A DNA stretch of 64,000 nt from Candidatus Competibacter sp. (GTDB lineage Bacteria; Pseudomonadota; Gammaproteobacteria; Competibacterales; Competibacteraceae), in assembly GCA_037045535.1 (NCBI GenBank), contig JBAOHI010000071.1, positions 212,214 to 276,213 on the forward strand, written 5' to 3'. The notes under the pieces were generated by a model that worked only from the letters and a program-made list of their open reading frames with translations, had not been told where the DNA came from and searched no databases. Position numbers and translations under genes: made by a program. Below, one piece after another: positions 11,002-21,098 of the stretch (its first letter is position 1; the number at the start of each line of letters is the position of its first letter).

Positions 11002-13136
11002 GTGATTCCCACCAGGCGTTTGATTTCGGTGAGTGATCGCGGTCGATCAAGACGGGGTAGAAAGCGGAATATTTCGGCCAGGGTGGTTTCGCCCTTGGCA
11101 GCCTTGGCCAGCCCGTCTTCCAACAGGGTGACCATGCCCGAGGTTTCCAGGCTGATCCGTCGGATTTCGTGCGAGGTGCATTTTTGCAGGATGGCGTCTT
11201 TGACCATCATGTTTAATACCAGCAGCTCGAAAATACCCACGCGGCCTCGATAACCGGTGTGGCGACATTCGGAGCAGCCGCGCCCCTGCCGGAAGGTGAT
11301 GCCTTCCAGATCCTGGTGTTTATAGCCCAAGCGCTGCATTTCGGTGGTGTTAGGCCGGTAGGGTTCGGCACAGTGTGGGCAGACTCGCCGCAACAACCGC
11401 TGCGCCAGCACCGAAACCACGGTCGAGGAAATGAGGAAGGTTTCGATGTCCATGTTCATCAGCCGGAGCAAGCCGCCGATAGTGTCCTCGGTGTGGAAAG
11501 TAGTCAGCACTTTATGACCGGTAAGCGCAGCCTGGATGGCTGCATCCGCCGAGTAGCGGTCGCGGATTTCGCCAAGTACGATCACGTCCGGATCCTGACG
11601 CATGATATACGGCAGCGTGTTTTCAAACGTGACATCGATTTTGGGGTTGAGGGAGCATTGCGTGATGCCTTCGATCACATATTCGACCGGATCTTCCACT
11701 GTAGTAATGCAGCGGTCGATGCTGTTGAGATAGTTAACGCAACTGTACAGAGTCGTGGTTTTGCCGGTACCGGTCGGGCCGGTGATCATGACGATACCAC
11801 TCGGCAGATCAAGCGCGTCCTCATAAAATCGGCTTAAAGTTCGGGGAAACATCCCGATGTCGTCGAGCGGAACCAGTTGGGCCCTGCGTAGCAAGCGCAA
11901 GACAATCTTTTCGCCGTAAATAGTGACGTAGATCGAAACTCGGATGTCGAGCTGATGTCCGGTTTTAGGGTCTTCGAAACTGATATGGCCATCCTGGTGC
12001 CGTCGCCGTTCAGCGATATCGGCCTTGCTCATGATTTTGATACGGTTGATCAGGGTCGGGGCCAGTTTTTTGTCGAAGATCTTGTGGATGCCGAGCACGC
12101 CGTCGCAGCGAAAGCGGACGCGTACTTGATCTTTCATCGGCTCGATATGGATATCACTGGCGTGGGCTTGAATGGCATCGCTCAGCAAGGTGTTGACGAT
12201 TTCCACGACCTGGCTGGTTTCATCCATCTTGGCGGTCGGGGTCAGGATGTTCTGGCTGTGGCGCTTGTAGTTTTCCAGCGTTTCGCGGATGGCACGCTTG
12301 CTGGCAATCAGCGGTACCAGATCCGGCCCGAATAGCCGGGCGGCGTCCTGGCGGACGCGCTGGTCCAAAGGATCGGCAAACGCGATCAGAACCCGCTTGT
12401 TCTCGGAACGAATCGGCAAAAAATGCCGTTGCAGGAACCAGTTCGGGTTAGCTTTTTCGAGCAGTTTCCGATCCACGTCGCCCAGTTCGACCGCGATTTG
12501 AGGGAACCCCAGTTGGTCGGCGAGTACTTCGATCAGCTTGTTTTCCTCGATGAAATGGTTTTCCAACAGGATATCACCCAGCTTTTTTCCTCCTCCGGAT
12601 TCTCGTTGCAGTGCCAACGCGGCCCGCAAATCCTGCTCCCTCAGATAGCCTAGTTCCACCAACAGCGCACCGATTCGCACCGAGATTCGGTGTTTGCGCA
12701 GAGTGTTGCGCTGTTGCTCCAGGCTGATCAAGCCGATTTCGTTGAGGATGCTCAACAGAGGTTTTTCCGTGCTGAGCTTGGATCGGACCCGAATCGCGTA
12801 AGCCAGTTGTTCCTCGGTGAGGACGCCATCCTCGATTAGGAACTTGGCGATTTCCAACCCACTGTCGAGGGAAGGGGAAGCCGATATCGACTGTTGGTCG
12901 AGGCGAGTGGTCAGCGGTTCGGCCGCCTGAGACGGCGGGCTGGAAGTTAGGGGAGTCGTCCGAAGCGTAGTGTCTTGGATAGGATTCGGCTGCAGTTGTC
13001 TCGTCGTATTGGGGGCGTAGGTGGCCGATGAGTTTTTGGAGTCGTTGTCGCTGTGCTGGGTAAGTGAGTCTCCAATCTGGTCCGATGCCGTGGTAGATTG
13101 ACCAGATGGATAAGGAGGTTGCGCTGATTGGGACAT
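10998..13136 (-). CDS. GspE/PilB-family secretion ATPase with N-terminal MshEN-like repeats
   Basis: ASDIHIEP, Walker A GPTGTGKTT, EDPVEY, RQDPDVIVLGEIRD, CPHC/CSEC Zn motif; RIGALLVELG and KLGDILLEN repeats; true start may lie downstream. Confidence 0.9.
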   Translation of the reverse strand: MSQSAQPPYPSGQSTTASDQIGDSLTQHSDNDSKNSSATYAPNTTRQLQPNPIQDTTLRTTPLTSSPPSQAAEPLTTRLDQQSISASPSLDSGLEIAKFLIEDGVLTEEQLAYAIRVRSKLSTEKPLLSILNEIGLISLEQQRNTLRKHRISVRIGALLVELGYLREQDLRAALALQRESGGGKKLGDILLENHFIEENKLIEVLADQLGFPQIAVELGDVDRKLLEKANPNWFLQRHFLPIRSENKRVLIAFADPLDQRVRQDAARLFGPDLVPLIASKRAIRETLENYKRHSQNILTPTAKMDETSQVVEIVNTLLSDAIQAHASDIHIEPMKDQVRVRFRCDGVLGIHKIFDKKLAPTLINRIKIMSKADIAERRRHQDGHISFEDPKTGHQLDIRVSIYVTIYGEKIVLRLLRRAQLVPLDDIGMFPRTLSRFYEDALDLPSGIVMITGPTGTGKTTTLYSCVNYLNSIDRCITTVEDPVEYVIEGITQCSLNPKIDVTFENTLPYIMRQDPDVIVLGEIRDRYSADAAIQAALTGHKVLTTFHTEDTIGGLLRLMNMDIETFLISSTVVSVLAQRLLRRVCPHCAEPYRPNTTEMQRLGYKHQDLEGITFRQGRGCSECRHTGYRGRVGIFELLVLNMMVKDAILQKCTSHEIRRISLETSGMVTLLEDGLAKAAKGETTLAEIFRFLPRLDRPRSLTEIKRLVGIT

Positions 13137-13486
13137 GATTGGCCTGATGTTCTGGTGGTGGTGCTGGCGGTGACGGGAGCCTCTATATTATTTTTATATG
13201 GCAATGACCAGACAGTTACTGTGTTCGCTGTTAAGTCATATGAGCTTAACATTCAAGCGGGTTGTAACGTTCTGTTATTGATGTATTTATTCGATAAACC
13301 GGATGAATGAATCATAGAATTAAACATTAGAAATTACAATTAAAATTGTTATTTTAGTGACTTTGATGGCGGCGTTAAGGCATTGAATATGCCTTTTATT
13401 TTTAAATAAATTGTAGATTAACAACTAATATTGTTAATAGTCGATTTGAGTAAATTAATAACATATGGTTATCAATGCTTTGATTA

Positions 13487-13502
13487 TGGCATGTTGTATG
13501 CA
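13487..13502 (+). promoter_or_regulatory. Candidate sigma54 (-24/-12) promoter TGGCATGTTGTATGCA
   Basis: GG-N10-GC spacing in TGGCA...TGCA context, in an AT-rich spacer upstream of a sigma54 activator gene. Confidence 0.55.
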
Positions 13503-13899
13503 ATTTTGATAGAAACAATTTAAAAATCTAGGCTTTAAGTACAACGTAAATAAAAGTTCTTTGATTCATTCAATGAAAGGATTTTCTCCAAATATTCAAA
13601 TAAGAATTCTGCCGGATGTGTTTGTAATGTTGCCGGTTCTGTTTGCGCTTGGATCGGCAGTGATTTTTAGCATCGATGATATCCGTGTCTAAGGCCCGGC
13701 TAGCTGATGGAAACGATGCAAGTCGAGTGCTTTTCCACTGTATGATCAAGGAGAGAAGCATTACTTATGTATCTCATACCTATGAATAACATTGTCGATA
13801 ACAGTCAATACTTGAAACGATTAATTGACGAACGCGGTGACGTTCGGGAACCGAAATACGATGACGACGATAACGATGGAACTGACAGTCAATTTGGGA

Positions 13900-14045
13900 A
13901 CAGTACAGTATCGAGATCCGACCGACGCGATCCAGCTTCTGCCCGATTTTGGCACACCGTGAATACCGCATTGATCGATGGAATAGTCGCGCTTGAAGCT
14001 CGTGCCACCGTGTTGCTGAACGTAGATTGCCTACTCGGGATCACG
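13900..14045 (+). pseudogene. Degenerate cheW-like 3' remnant
   Basis: Two frames join to give DAIQLLPDFGT/VNTALIDGIVALEARATVLLNVDCLL, resembling a CheW C-terminus; no intact 5' part. Confidence 0.5.
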
Positions 14046-14127
14046 GAATCGTTTGGCCTGATTGTCGCTGATCAAGGTCGGTTGGTCGCATAGCGCGAGC
14101 TGTCAAGATTTTCAGGCGGTTTTGGCG

Positions 14128-15540
14128 ATGGAATCGGCTCCCTATTCCCACCACCCAGTGCTGGTAGTGGACGATGACGAGATCAGTTTGCTGCTGACCC
14201 GCGAAGCATTGCTGCGAGTGGGTCTGAGTGACATCCGCACTTGCCAGGATAGCCGACAAGTGCGGGCGATGTTGGCCCGCGCGCCGGTCGAGATCCTGTT
14301 TTTGGATCTGACGATGCCCCATATCGGCGGTGAGGAACTGTTGAGCGTTGTTAGCCAGGAATATCCCCGGATGCTGGTGGTCATCCTCACCGCTACCGAG
14401 GATGTGGAAACCGCGGTGCGTTGCATCAAGCAGGGCGCTTTCGACTACCTGACCAAACCCATCGATTTGGGGAGGCTGGCCACGGTGGTCAAAAACGCGT
14501 TGGTTTTTCGGGAACTTCACCAAGAGAACGCCGTACTCCGGCAACGGGCGATTGCCCGCAGCCCACACCGGCCGGATCTGTTTGCCGGGATCGTGACCCG
14601 TAATCCCCAGATGCATTCACTGTTTCAGTACGCGGAAACCATTGCACCGACCAACGAATCAGTCCTCATCACCGGCGAGACCGGCGTCGGCAAGGATTTG
14701 CTTGCTCAGGCCATCCACGTAGCCAGCGGACGCCGGGGGGATTTCGTAGCGGTCAATGTGGCTGGATTAGACGATACCATTTTCGCCGATACGCTGTTCG
14801 GACACGATAAAGGCGCGTTCACTGGCGCCGAGCGAGCACGGCAGGGGTTGGTGGAGCGGGCAGCGGCTGGTACGTTGTTGCTGGACGAGATTGGCGATCT
14901 AACCGTTGCGTCCCAGACCAAGCTATTGCGTCTGCTTCAGGAGGGCGACTATTTCCCGTTGGGTCAAGATTCGCCTCGGCGCAGCGCGGCGCGGATCATT
15001 TCCGCCACCAATCAGGATCTCTGGCAGGTGGTTAAGCAGGGATTGTTCCACAAGGATCTGAATTACCGGTTGCGTACACACCACTTGCACTTACCACCCT
15101 TACGGGAACGGCTGGATGATTTGCCGCTGTTGCTCAACCACTTCGCCGAGGAAGCGGCCATGCCGCTCCGCAAGCCTAAGCCGCGCGTGCCGGAGCGACT
15201 AACGCGGCTACTGGAGGGCTATTCGTTTCCCGGTAATATTCGCGAGTTGCGCATGATGGTGTTCGAGGCGGTGAGCCGGACCACCTCCAAAACGCTTCTG
15301 CTCGAACCGTTCGAGCGCTATATCGACCAGCAACAGGTTAAGCAGGGGTTTTCACCCGATCTCGGAGATGCCTTGGCGCCGCTTCAGCGCTCGGCGGCCC
15401 TTCCGACCTTGAAACAGGCTACGGAACAATTGGTTAGAGAAGCGCTGCGCCGTTGCAATGGCAATCAGACAGCTGCCGCCCGGCTGCTCGGCATTTCCCA
15501 GCAAGCGGTGAGCAAGCGATTGAAGCGCCTGTCACCGTGA
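14128..15540 (+). CDS. Sigma54-dependent response regulator (NtrC family, REC-AAA+-Fis HTH)
   Basis: VLVVDDD, LDLTMP, GETGVGK, GAFTGA, FPGNIREL, NQTAAARLLGIS. Confidence 0.93.
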   Translation: MESAPYSHHPVLVVDDDEISLLLTREALLRVGLSDIRTCQDSRQVRAMLARAPVEILFLDLTMPHIGGEELLSVVSQEYPRMLVVILTATEDVETAVRCIKQGAFDYLTKPIDLGRLATVVKNALVFRELHQENAVLRQRAIARSPHRPDLFAGIVTRNPQMHSLFQYAETIAPTNESVLITGETGVGKDLLAQAIHVASGRRGDFVAVNVAGLDDTIFADTLFGHDKGAFTGAERARQGLVERAAAGTLLLDEIGDLTVASQTKLLRLLQEGDYFPLGQDSPRRSAARIISATNQDLWQVVKQGLFHKDLNYRLRTHHLHLPPLRERLDDLPLLLNHFAEEAAMPLRKPKPRVPERLTRLLEGYSFPGNIRELRMMVFEAVSRTTSKTLLLEPFERYIDQQQVKQGFSPDLGDALAPLQRSAALPTLKQATEQLVREALRRCNGNQTAAARLLGISQQAVSKRLKRLSP

Positions 15541-15555
15541 AGCCGGTTTACATAC

Positions 15556-15578
15556 GCCCTCTCCTACTGGGAGAGGGC
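15556..15578. repeat. Hairpin GCCCTCTCC-N5-GGAGAGGGC (REP-like or terminator) between convergent genes
   Basis: 9-bp perfect stem; a related hairpin CCTTCCCTC-N5-GAGGGAGGG lies at 33385-33407. Confidence 0.5.
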
Positions 15579-15635
15579 TGGAGAGGCAGTTTCTCTTCAG
15601 TTCGTCAGCTGGCGAAAGAGCGCGCGGAACTCATG

Positions 15636-17426
15636 TCAGAACTCCTCTTCGGGCAGCGCCAGGATCGAGATGCCGCCATTCTTGATCGAGGCGCGCAAGG
15701 CGCCAGCCTTGGGCAGGATGTGCTCAACGTAGAAGCGGGCGGTAATCAGTTTAGCTTCGTGGAACAGCGGATCGTCGCCAGTCCTCAATTTGCCTTGAGC
15801 CACCTGCGCCGCGCGGGCCATCTGCCAACCGCCACAGACGAAGCCCGTCAGCATCAGATAATCGACAGATACCGCCATGACATGTTCGGCACTGGGCGCG
15901 TTTAGCATCCAATCGGTGGCGTCGGCCAACGCTTGAACGCCCTCGGCCAATCCGGCGCGAATCACGGCCAAATCATCGCCCGCGCCCCGGCTCAGTTCCT
16001 CTATGGTCGCCTCGATTTCAGCGATCAGCGCCCGCATCGCCGCGCCCTTGTCCATGCTCAGTTTGCGTCCTGCCAGGTCGGCAGCTTGAATGCCGGTGGT
16101 TCCTTCATAAATGGTGGTGATGCGGGAATCGCGCAAGTGCTGGCAGGTACCGGTTTCCTCGATGTAGCCCATGCCGCCGTGGGTTTGCACCCCCAGCGAA
16201 GCGACCTCGATGCCGATTTCGCTCGACCAGCCCTTGACCACTGGAATCAGCAGATCGACACGAGTCTGCTGGCGCTGACGGGTCGTAGGGTCAGGGTGGT
16301 AGCGAGCTAAGTCCATATTCTTCGCAACCACATAGGCCAAGGCACGCATCGCCTCGTTTAAAGCCTTCATGGTCATCAGCATCCGCCGCACGTCGGGATG
16401 GTGGATGATGGCCACTCGATCGCCGCTCTTAACTCCGATCGGACGGCCCTGTACCCGGTCCTTGGCGTACTCACGGGCGGCCTGATAGGCGCGCTCGCCG
16501 ATGGCCAACCCTTGCAGGCCGATCTTGAAGCGGGCTTCGTTCATCATGATGAACATGTAGGCCAAGCCCTTGTTTTCCTCGCCGACCAGATAGCCGATGG
16601 CGCCGTCCTTATCGCCGAAGGCCATCACGCAGGTCGGGCTGGCGTGGATGCCCATCTTATGCTCGACGGAAACGGCGTGGACGTCGTTACGGTTGCCCAA
16701 TGAACTGTCCGGATTGACCAAGAATTTGGGCACGATAAACAGCGAGATACCCTTGACGCCTTCCGGCGCGTCCGGAGTGCGGGCGAGCACCAAATGAATG
16801 GTGTTCTCCGTCATGTCGTGCTCGCCCCACGTAATAAAAATCTTCTGGCCGAAGATCCGATAATGATCATTCTCGGGCACGGCGCGGGCGCGCACCGCCG
16901 ACAAGTCGGAACCGGCCTGCGACTCAGTCAGGTTCATGGTACCGGTCCATTCACCGCTGATCATTTTTGGCAGGTACAGCGCTTTCTGCTGCTCGGAACC
17001 CGCCTGGCTGATGGCCTCGATCGCGCCGGCGTTCAGCAGCGGGCAGAGCGCAAAGGACATGTTGGCCGAGTTCCACATCTCCTGGGTGGCGGTATTGATC
17101 AGCTCCGGCAGTCCCTGGCCGCCGTGGTCGGTGGAGCAGCCGATCCCGTTCCAACCGCCTTCGACGAATTTCTGGTAGGCTTTGGCAAAGCCATCGGCCG
17201 GGATGACGCCTTTGGGTCCGATCTTGACGCCCTGGACATCTCCGGAGTGATTGAGCGGAGCCAGCACCCCGGAAGCGAGCTTGGCGGCTTCCTCCAACAC
17301 GGCTTCTACCAGTTCCGGGCCGACCTCCTGCTCGGCGAACGCCGGCAGAGCGGCGACCTCGGCCATTTCAGCCAATTCATTGATCACAAACTGCATGTCG
17401 CGGGTTGGAGCGGTATAGGCGGTCAC
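15636..17426 (-). CDS. Acyl-CoA dehydrogenase
   Basis: WTGTMNLTE.QAGSDL, GQKIFIT.GEHD, EHKMGIHASPT, HGGMGYIEE, IYEGTTGIQA. Confidence 0.93.
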   Translation of the reverse strand: MTAYTAPTRDMQFVINELAEMAEVAALPAFAEQEVGPELVEAVLEEAAKLASGVLAPLNHSGDVQGVKIGPKGVIPADGFAKAYQKFVEGGWNGIGCSTDHGGQGLPELINTATQEMWNSANMSFALCPLLNAGAIEAISQAGSEQQKALYLPKMISGEWTGTMNLTESQAGSDLSAVRARAVPENDHYRIFGQKIFITWGEHDMTENTIHLVLARTPDAPEGVKGISLFIVPKFLVNPDSSLGNRNDVHAVSVEHKMGIHASPTCVMAFGDKDGAIGYLVGEENKGLAYMFIMMNEARFKIGLQGLAIGERAYQAAREYAKDRVQGRPIGVKSGDRVAIIHHPDVRRMLMTMKALNEAMRALAYVVAKNMDLARYHPDPTTRQRQQTRVDLLIPVVKGWSSEIGIEVASLGVQTHGGMGYIEETGTCQHLRDSRITTIYEGTTGIQAADLAGRKLSMDKGAAMRALIAEIEATIEELSRGAGDDLAVIRAGLAEGVQALADATDWMLNAPSAEHVMAVSVDYLMLTGFVCGGWQMARAAQVAQGKLRTGDDPLFHEAKLITARFYVEHILPKAGALRASIKNGGISILALPEEEF

Positions 17427-17537
17427 GAACGCCTCCTCAATATCAAAATTTTATTTGATTGTTCGAACGGTGTGGGAACAGACAGATAAGGCGCCGCCCG
17501 GACGGTGGGCGGCGAGGAATCGTCGAAGGGCGTTTGT

Positions 17538-18488
17538 TTAACCGGTGGCCTTCAGTTGGTCCAGTTCCTTGGACATCTCGGGCATGGCCACAAACAGATC
17601 GGCGACTAGACCGTAATCGGCGATTTGAAAGATCGGCGCTTCTTCGTCCTTGTTGATGGCGACGATGACCTTGCTGTCCTTCATGCCGGCTAAGTGCTGG
17701 ATGGCGCCGGAAATGCCGACGGCGATGTAGAGATCGGGGGCAACCACTTTCCCGGTCTGGCCGACTTGGTAGTCATTGGGGACAAAACCGGCATCCACGG
17801 CCGCGCGAGAGGCGCCTACCGCTGCGCCCAGCTTGTCGGCCACCTCTTCCAACAGCTTAAAGTTTTCGCCGTTGCCCATCCCGCGTCCACCGGAAACGAT
17901 GATCCGGGCGGCAGTCAGTTCCGGCCGATCGGATTGGGTCAACTGCTGACCAACGAAGCTGGAGGCGCCAGTGTCCGCCGCCGGGGTCACGGTTTCGACG
18001 ACGGCGAAGCCACTGCCGACAGTGGCTGCGGGGAAAGCAGTGCCGCGCACGGTGATGACCTTGATCGGATCCTTGGACTGTACGGTGGCCAACACGTTGC
18101 CGGCGTAAATCGGCCGCACGAAGGTGTTGACGCTTTCCACTTTGATGATGTCGGAAATCTGGGCCACGTCGAGCAGGGCAGCCACGCGCGGTAATATATT
18201 CTTGCCGGCGGCAGTGGCAGGAGCCAGGATATGGGTGTAGCCGCCGGCCAAGCCGACCACCAGCGCAGCGACGTTTTCGGCGAGTTGGTGGGCATAATGC
18301 GGGGCGTCGGCCAGCAGGACTTTCTTGATGCCGACGACCTTGGCGGCGGCCTCGGCGACCGCGCCGCAGTTGTGACCGGCCACCAGAATGGTGATGTCGC
18401 TACCCAGCTTGGCGGCAGCAGTGATGGTGTTGAAGGTGGCCGCCTTGAGAACGGCGTTGTCGTGTTCGGCAATGACCAGAATGCTCAT
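17538..18488 (-). CDS. etfA: Electron transfer flavoprotein alpha subunit
   Basis: [35 protein letters not shown]. Confidence 0.96.
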   Translation of the reverse strand: MSILVIAEHDNAVLKAATFNTITAAAKLGSDITILVAGHNCGAVAEAAAKVVGIKKVLLADAPHYAHQLAENVAALVVGLAGGYTHILAPATAAGKNILPRVAALLDVAQISDIIKVESVNTFVRPIYAGNVLATVQSKDPIKVITVRGTAFPAATVGSGFAVVETVTPAADTGASSFVGQQLTQSDRPELTAARIIVSGGRGMGNGENFKLLEEVADKLGAAVGASRAAVDAGFVPNDYQVGQTGKVVAPDLYIAVGISGAIQHLAGMKDSKVIVAINKDEEAPIFQIADYGLVADLFVAMPEMSKELDQLKATG

Positions 18489-18506
18489 GATTCGGTTCTC
18501 ACGGGC

Positions 18507-19256
18507 TTAGATGACGTGCGCTTCGTTGCGGAGCTTGTCCACCAGGGCGGCGATGGTATCGACCTTGATGCCGGCCTGGCGCTTAGGCGGTTCCTGCACC
18601 TTTAGGGTGATCAGTCGCGGCGCCACGTCCACGCCCAAATCCGCTGGTTTCAGCACGTCGAGCGGTTTCTTTTTGGCCTTCATGATGTTGGGAAGCTTGA
18701 CGAACCGCGGCTCGTTCAGACGTAGATCGGTGGTGACCACTGCCGGCAGTTTGAGCGCCACGGTTTCCAGACCGCCATCGACTTCACGGGTGACCTCGAT
18801 CCCTGCACCGCCGATCTCAACCTTGGAGGCAAAGGTGCCCTGCGGCCAGCCGAGCAGCGCGGCCAACATTTGCCCGGTCTGGTTGGCATCGTCGTCGATA
18901 GCCTGCTTGCCCAGGATTACCAAGTCAGGTTTTTCTTTTTCGACGATGGCCTTGAGCAGTTTGGCGACCGCTAGGGGCTGCAGTTCGGTGTCGGTTTCCA
19001 CCAGAATGCCGCGGTCGGCGCCCATGGCCAGCGCGGTACGGATGGTGTCCTGGCAAGCGGCAACGCCCAGGGACACGGCCACGATTTCCCCGGCCTTGCC
19101 AGCTTCCTGCAAGCGGACCGCTTCTTCGACGGCGATTTCGTCGAACGGGTTCATCGACATCTTGACGTTGGCGGTTTCCACGCCTGAACCGTCAGCTTTC
19201 GCCCGAACCTTGACGTTGTAGTCAACGACCCGTTTTACGGCGACTAAAATTTTCAT
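18507..19256 (-). CDS. etfB: Electron transfer flavoprotein beta subunit
   Basis: [42 protein letters not shown]. Confidence 0.96.
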   Translation of the reverse strand: MKILVAVKRVVDYNVKVRAKADGSGVETANVKMSMNPFDEIAVEEAVRLQEAGKAGEIVAVSLGVAACQDTIRTALAMGADRGILVETDTELQPLAVAKLLKAIVEKEKPDLVILGKQAIDDDANQTGQMLAALLGWPQGTFASKVEIGGAGIEVTREVDGGLETVALKLPAVVTTDLRLNEPRFVKLPNIMKAKKKPLDVLKPADLGVDVAPRLITLKVQEPPKRQAGIKVDTIAALVDKLRNEAHVI

Positions 19257-19498
19257 TGTTCACCTTATATTATGGGATGGCTTGGGTGTTGAGGTTTTGT
19301 TGTTGGGCACGTTGTTGAGCGCGCACCGAGCAGGACTGGCCATCAATTCCCCAGTTAACTCCTGTCAAGTTATGGTATTTAGTCCCCACTGGCGATGCAA
19401 TGCATTTGTTGGCTCCGCCACGGTTTTCACGGTGCCAATCCATCGCACCGATCCATTAATCCCATGATGAGCACGACGATTTTCGAGGAGTAAGCACT

Positions 19499-20500
19499 AT
19501 GACGGATCCGACAACTTTCAGGGCACTGATACTGGATCAGCGGGACGGGCAGACTGTTGCCGAGCTGACCCGACTGACCGACACCGATCTACCGCCTGAG
19601 CCGGTGCTAGTCGCAGTCGATTATTCTTCCCTCAACTATAAGGACGGGTTAGCGGTGACCGGTAAGGGCAAGATTGTTCGCCGGTTTCCGTTGGTACCTG
19701 GCATCGATTTGGCTGGGACGGTGCTGGAGTCGGCCAGTTCCGCCTATCGATCGGGCGACCGGGTGGTGCTGACCGGCTGGGGGGTGGGTGAGAGTTTCTG
19801 GGGAGGTTACGCGCAGCGGGCACGAGTTAAGGCCGAGTGGCTAACGCCGTTACCCGACTCGTTGGGCACTCGTCAGGCCATGGCCATCGGCACCGCCGGC
19901 TTCACCGCCATGCTATGCGTGTTGGCCTTGGAACAGGCTGGCGTCAAGCCGGATGGGGCCAAGCCAGTGCTGGTGACCGGTGCTAGCGGCGGTGTCGGCA
20001 GCGTCGCCGTGGCTTTGCTCGCTCAGCTGGGCTACCGGATCGCCGCCGTGACCGGCCGGCTGGAGAACGAGGCGTATCTGCGCGAGCTGGGCGCGACCGA
20101 ATTTATTGATCGCGAGACGATGAATCAGCCCTGTCGACCGCTGGAGGGGCAGCGCTGGTCCGGCGTGGTGGATACGGTGGGTGGTCGAGTGCTGGCCCGG
20201 GCGCTGGCGGAAACCGACTACGGCGGCGCGGTGGCGGCCTGCGGCTTGGCCGGCGGGATCGATCTGCCCACCACGGTCATGCCTTTCATCCTGCGCGGCG
20301 TGAAGTTGCTGGGAGTAGATTCGGTGCTGTGTCCACCTGAACCGCGCCGGGTGGCCTGGGCACGGCTGGCGCGCGATCTCCCTGCCGCCGTCCTGGAACG
20401 GATGACCGAGGTGGTCTCGCTGATGGAGGTGCCGCGCTTGGCCGAGGCGATTCTTGCGGGCCAGGTTCGGGGCCGGGTCGTGGTCGATCCGAACGCCTAG
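19499..20500 (+). CDS. acuI: Acrylyl-CoA reductase AcuI/YhdH-family MDR oxidoreductase
   Basis: YSSLNYKDGLA, GTAGFTAMLC, TGASGGVGS, PFILRGV.LLGVDSV. Confidence 0.88.
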   Translation: MTDPTTFRALILDQRDGQTVAELTRLTDTDLPPEPVLVAVDYSSLNYKDGLAVTGKGKIVRRFPLVPGIDLAGTVLESASSAYRSGDRVVLTGWGVGESFWGGYAQRARVKAEWLTPLPDSLGTRQAMAIGTAGFTAMLCVLALEQAGVKPDGAKPVLVTGASGGVGSVAVALLAQLGYRIAAVTGRLENEAYLRELGATEFIDRETMNQPCRPLEGQRWSGVVDTVGGRVLARALAETDYGGAVAACGLAGGIDLPTTVMPFILRGVKLLGVDSVLCPPEPRRVAWARLARDLPAAVLERMTEVVSLMEVPRLAEAILAGQVRGRVVVDPNA

Positions 20501-20602
20501 ATGATGAACTGAATTTCCCACTGGCGCACTCGGTCGTGTAGGCTATGCGCCCTTTTGGCGTCGGGAGATGCCGGGTAACCACCCCAACCGGAGATTTAAT
20601 GA

Positions 20603-21064
20603 ATGTACTCCACTCACGAAGGCTATAACGATAGTATCCACGGTTACTATCTGGAGGATTTGAGCGTTGGCATGAGCGCGTCTCATGCCAAGACCGTCAC
20701 CGAAACCGATGTGGTGATGTTCGCCGGCCTGACCGGTGACAACAACCCCGTCCATTGCAACGAGGTGTTCGCTGCCCAGACCCGGTTCAAGGGTCGCATC
20801 GCCCACGGCATGTTTTGTGCTGGCCTAATTTCTTGCGTGGCGGGTACCCGTCTGCCTGGACCTGGCGCGGTGTACGTGGACCAGAAGTTGCAATTCGTGG
20901 CACCGGTGCGCATCGGCGATACCGTCACCGCCGTTTGCACCATCCAGGAGATCAATCAGGAGCGCCGCCGGGTAGTGATGAACACCGTCTGTACCGTGCA
21001 GGACAAGATCGTGGTCGAAGGAAATGCCACTTTCCTGGTCAGTCGCCGCAACCCAAAAACTTGA
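20603..21064 (+). CDS. MaoC-family (R)-specific enoyl-CoA hydratase (PhaJ-like)
   Basis: FAGLTGDNNPVH, RIAHGM, LPGPG, F.APVRIGD. Confidence 0.88.
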   Translation: MYSTHEGYNDSIHGYYLEDLSVGMSASHAKTVTETDVVMFAGLTGDNNPVHCNEVFAAQTRFKGRIAHGMFCAGLISCVAGTRLPGPGAVYVDQKLQFVAPVRIGDTVTAVCTIQEINQERRRVVMNTVCTVQDKIVVEGNATFLVSRRNPKT

Positions 21065-21098
21065 GCCCAGAGAGGGATGCGAACGACTCCAGGTCGCT

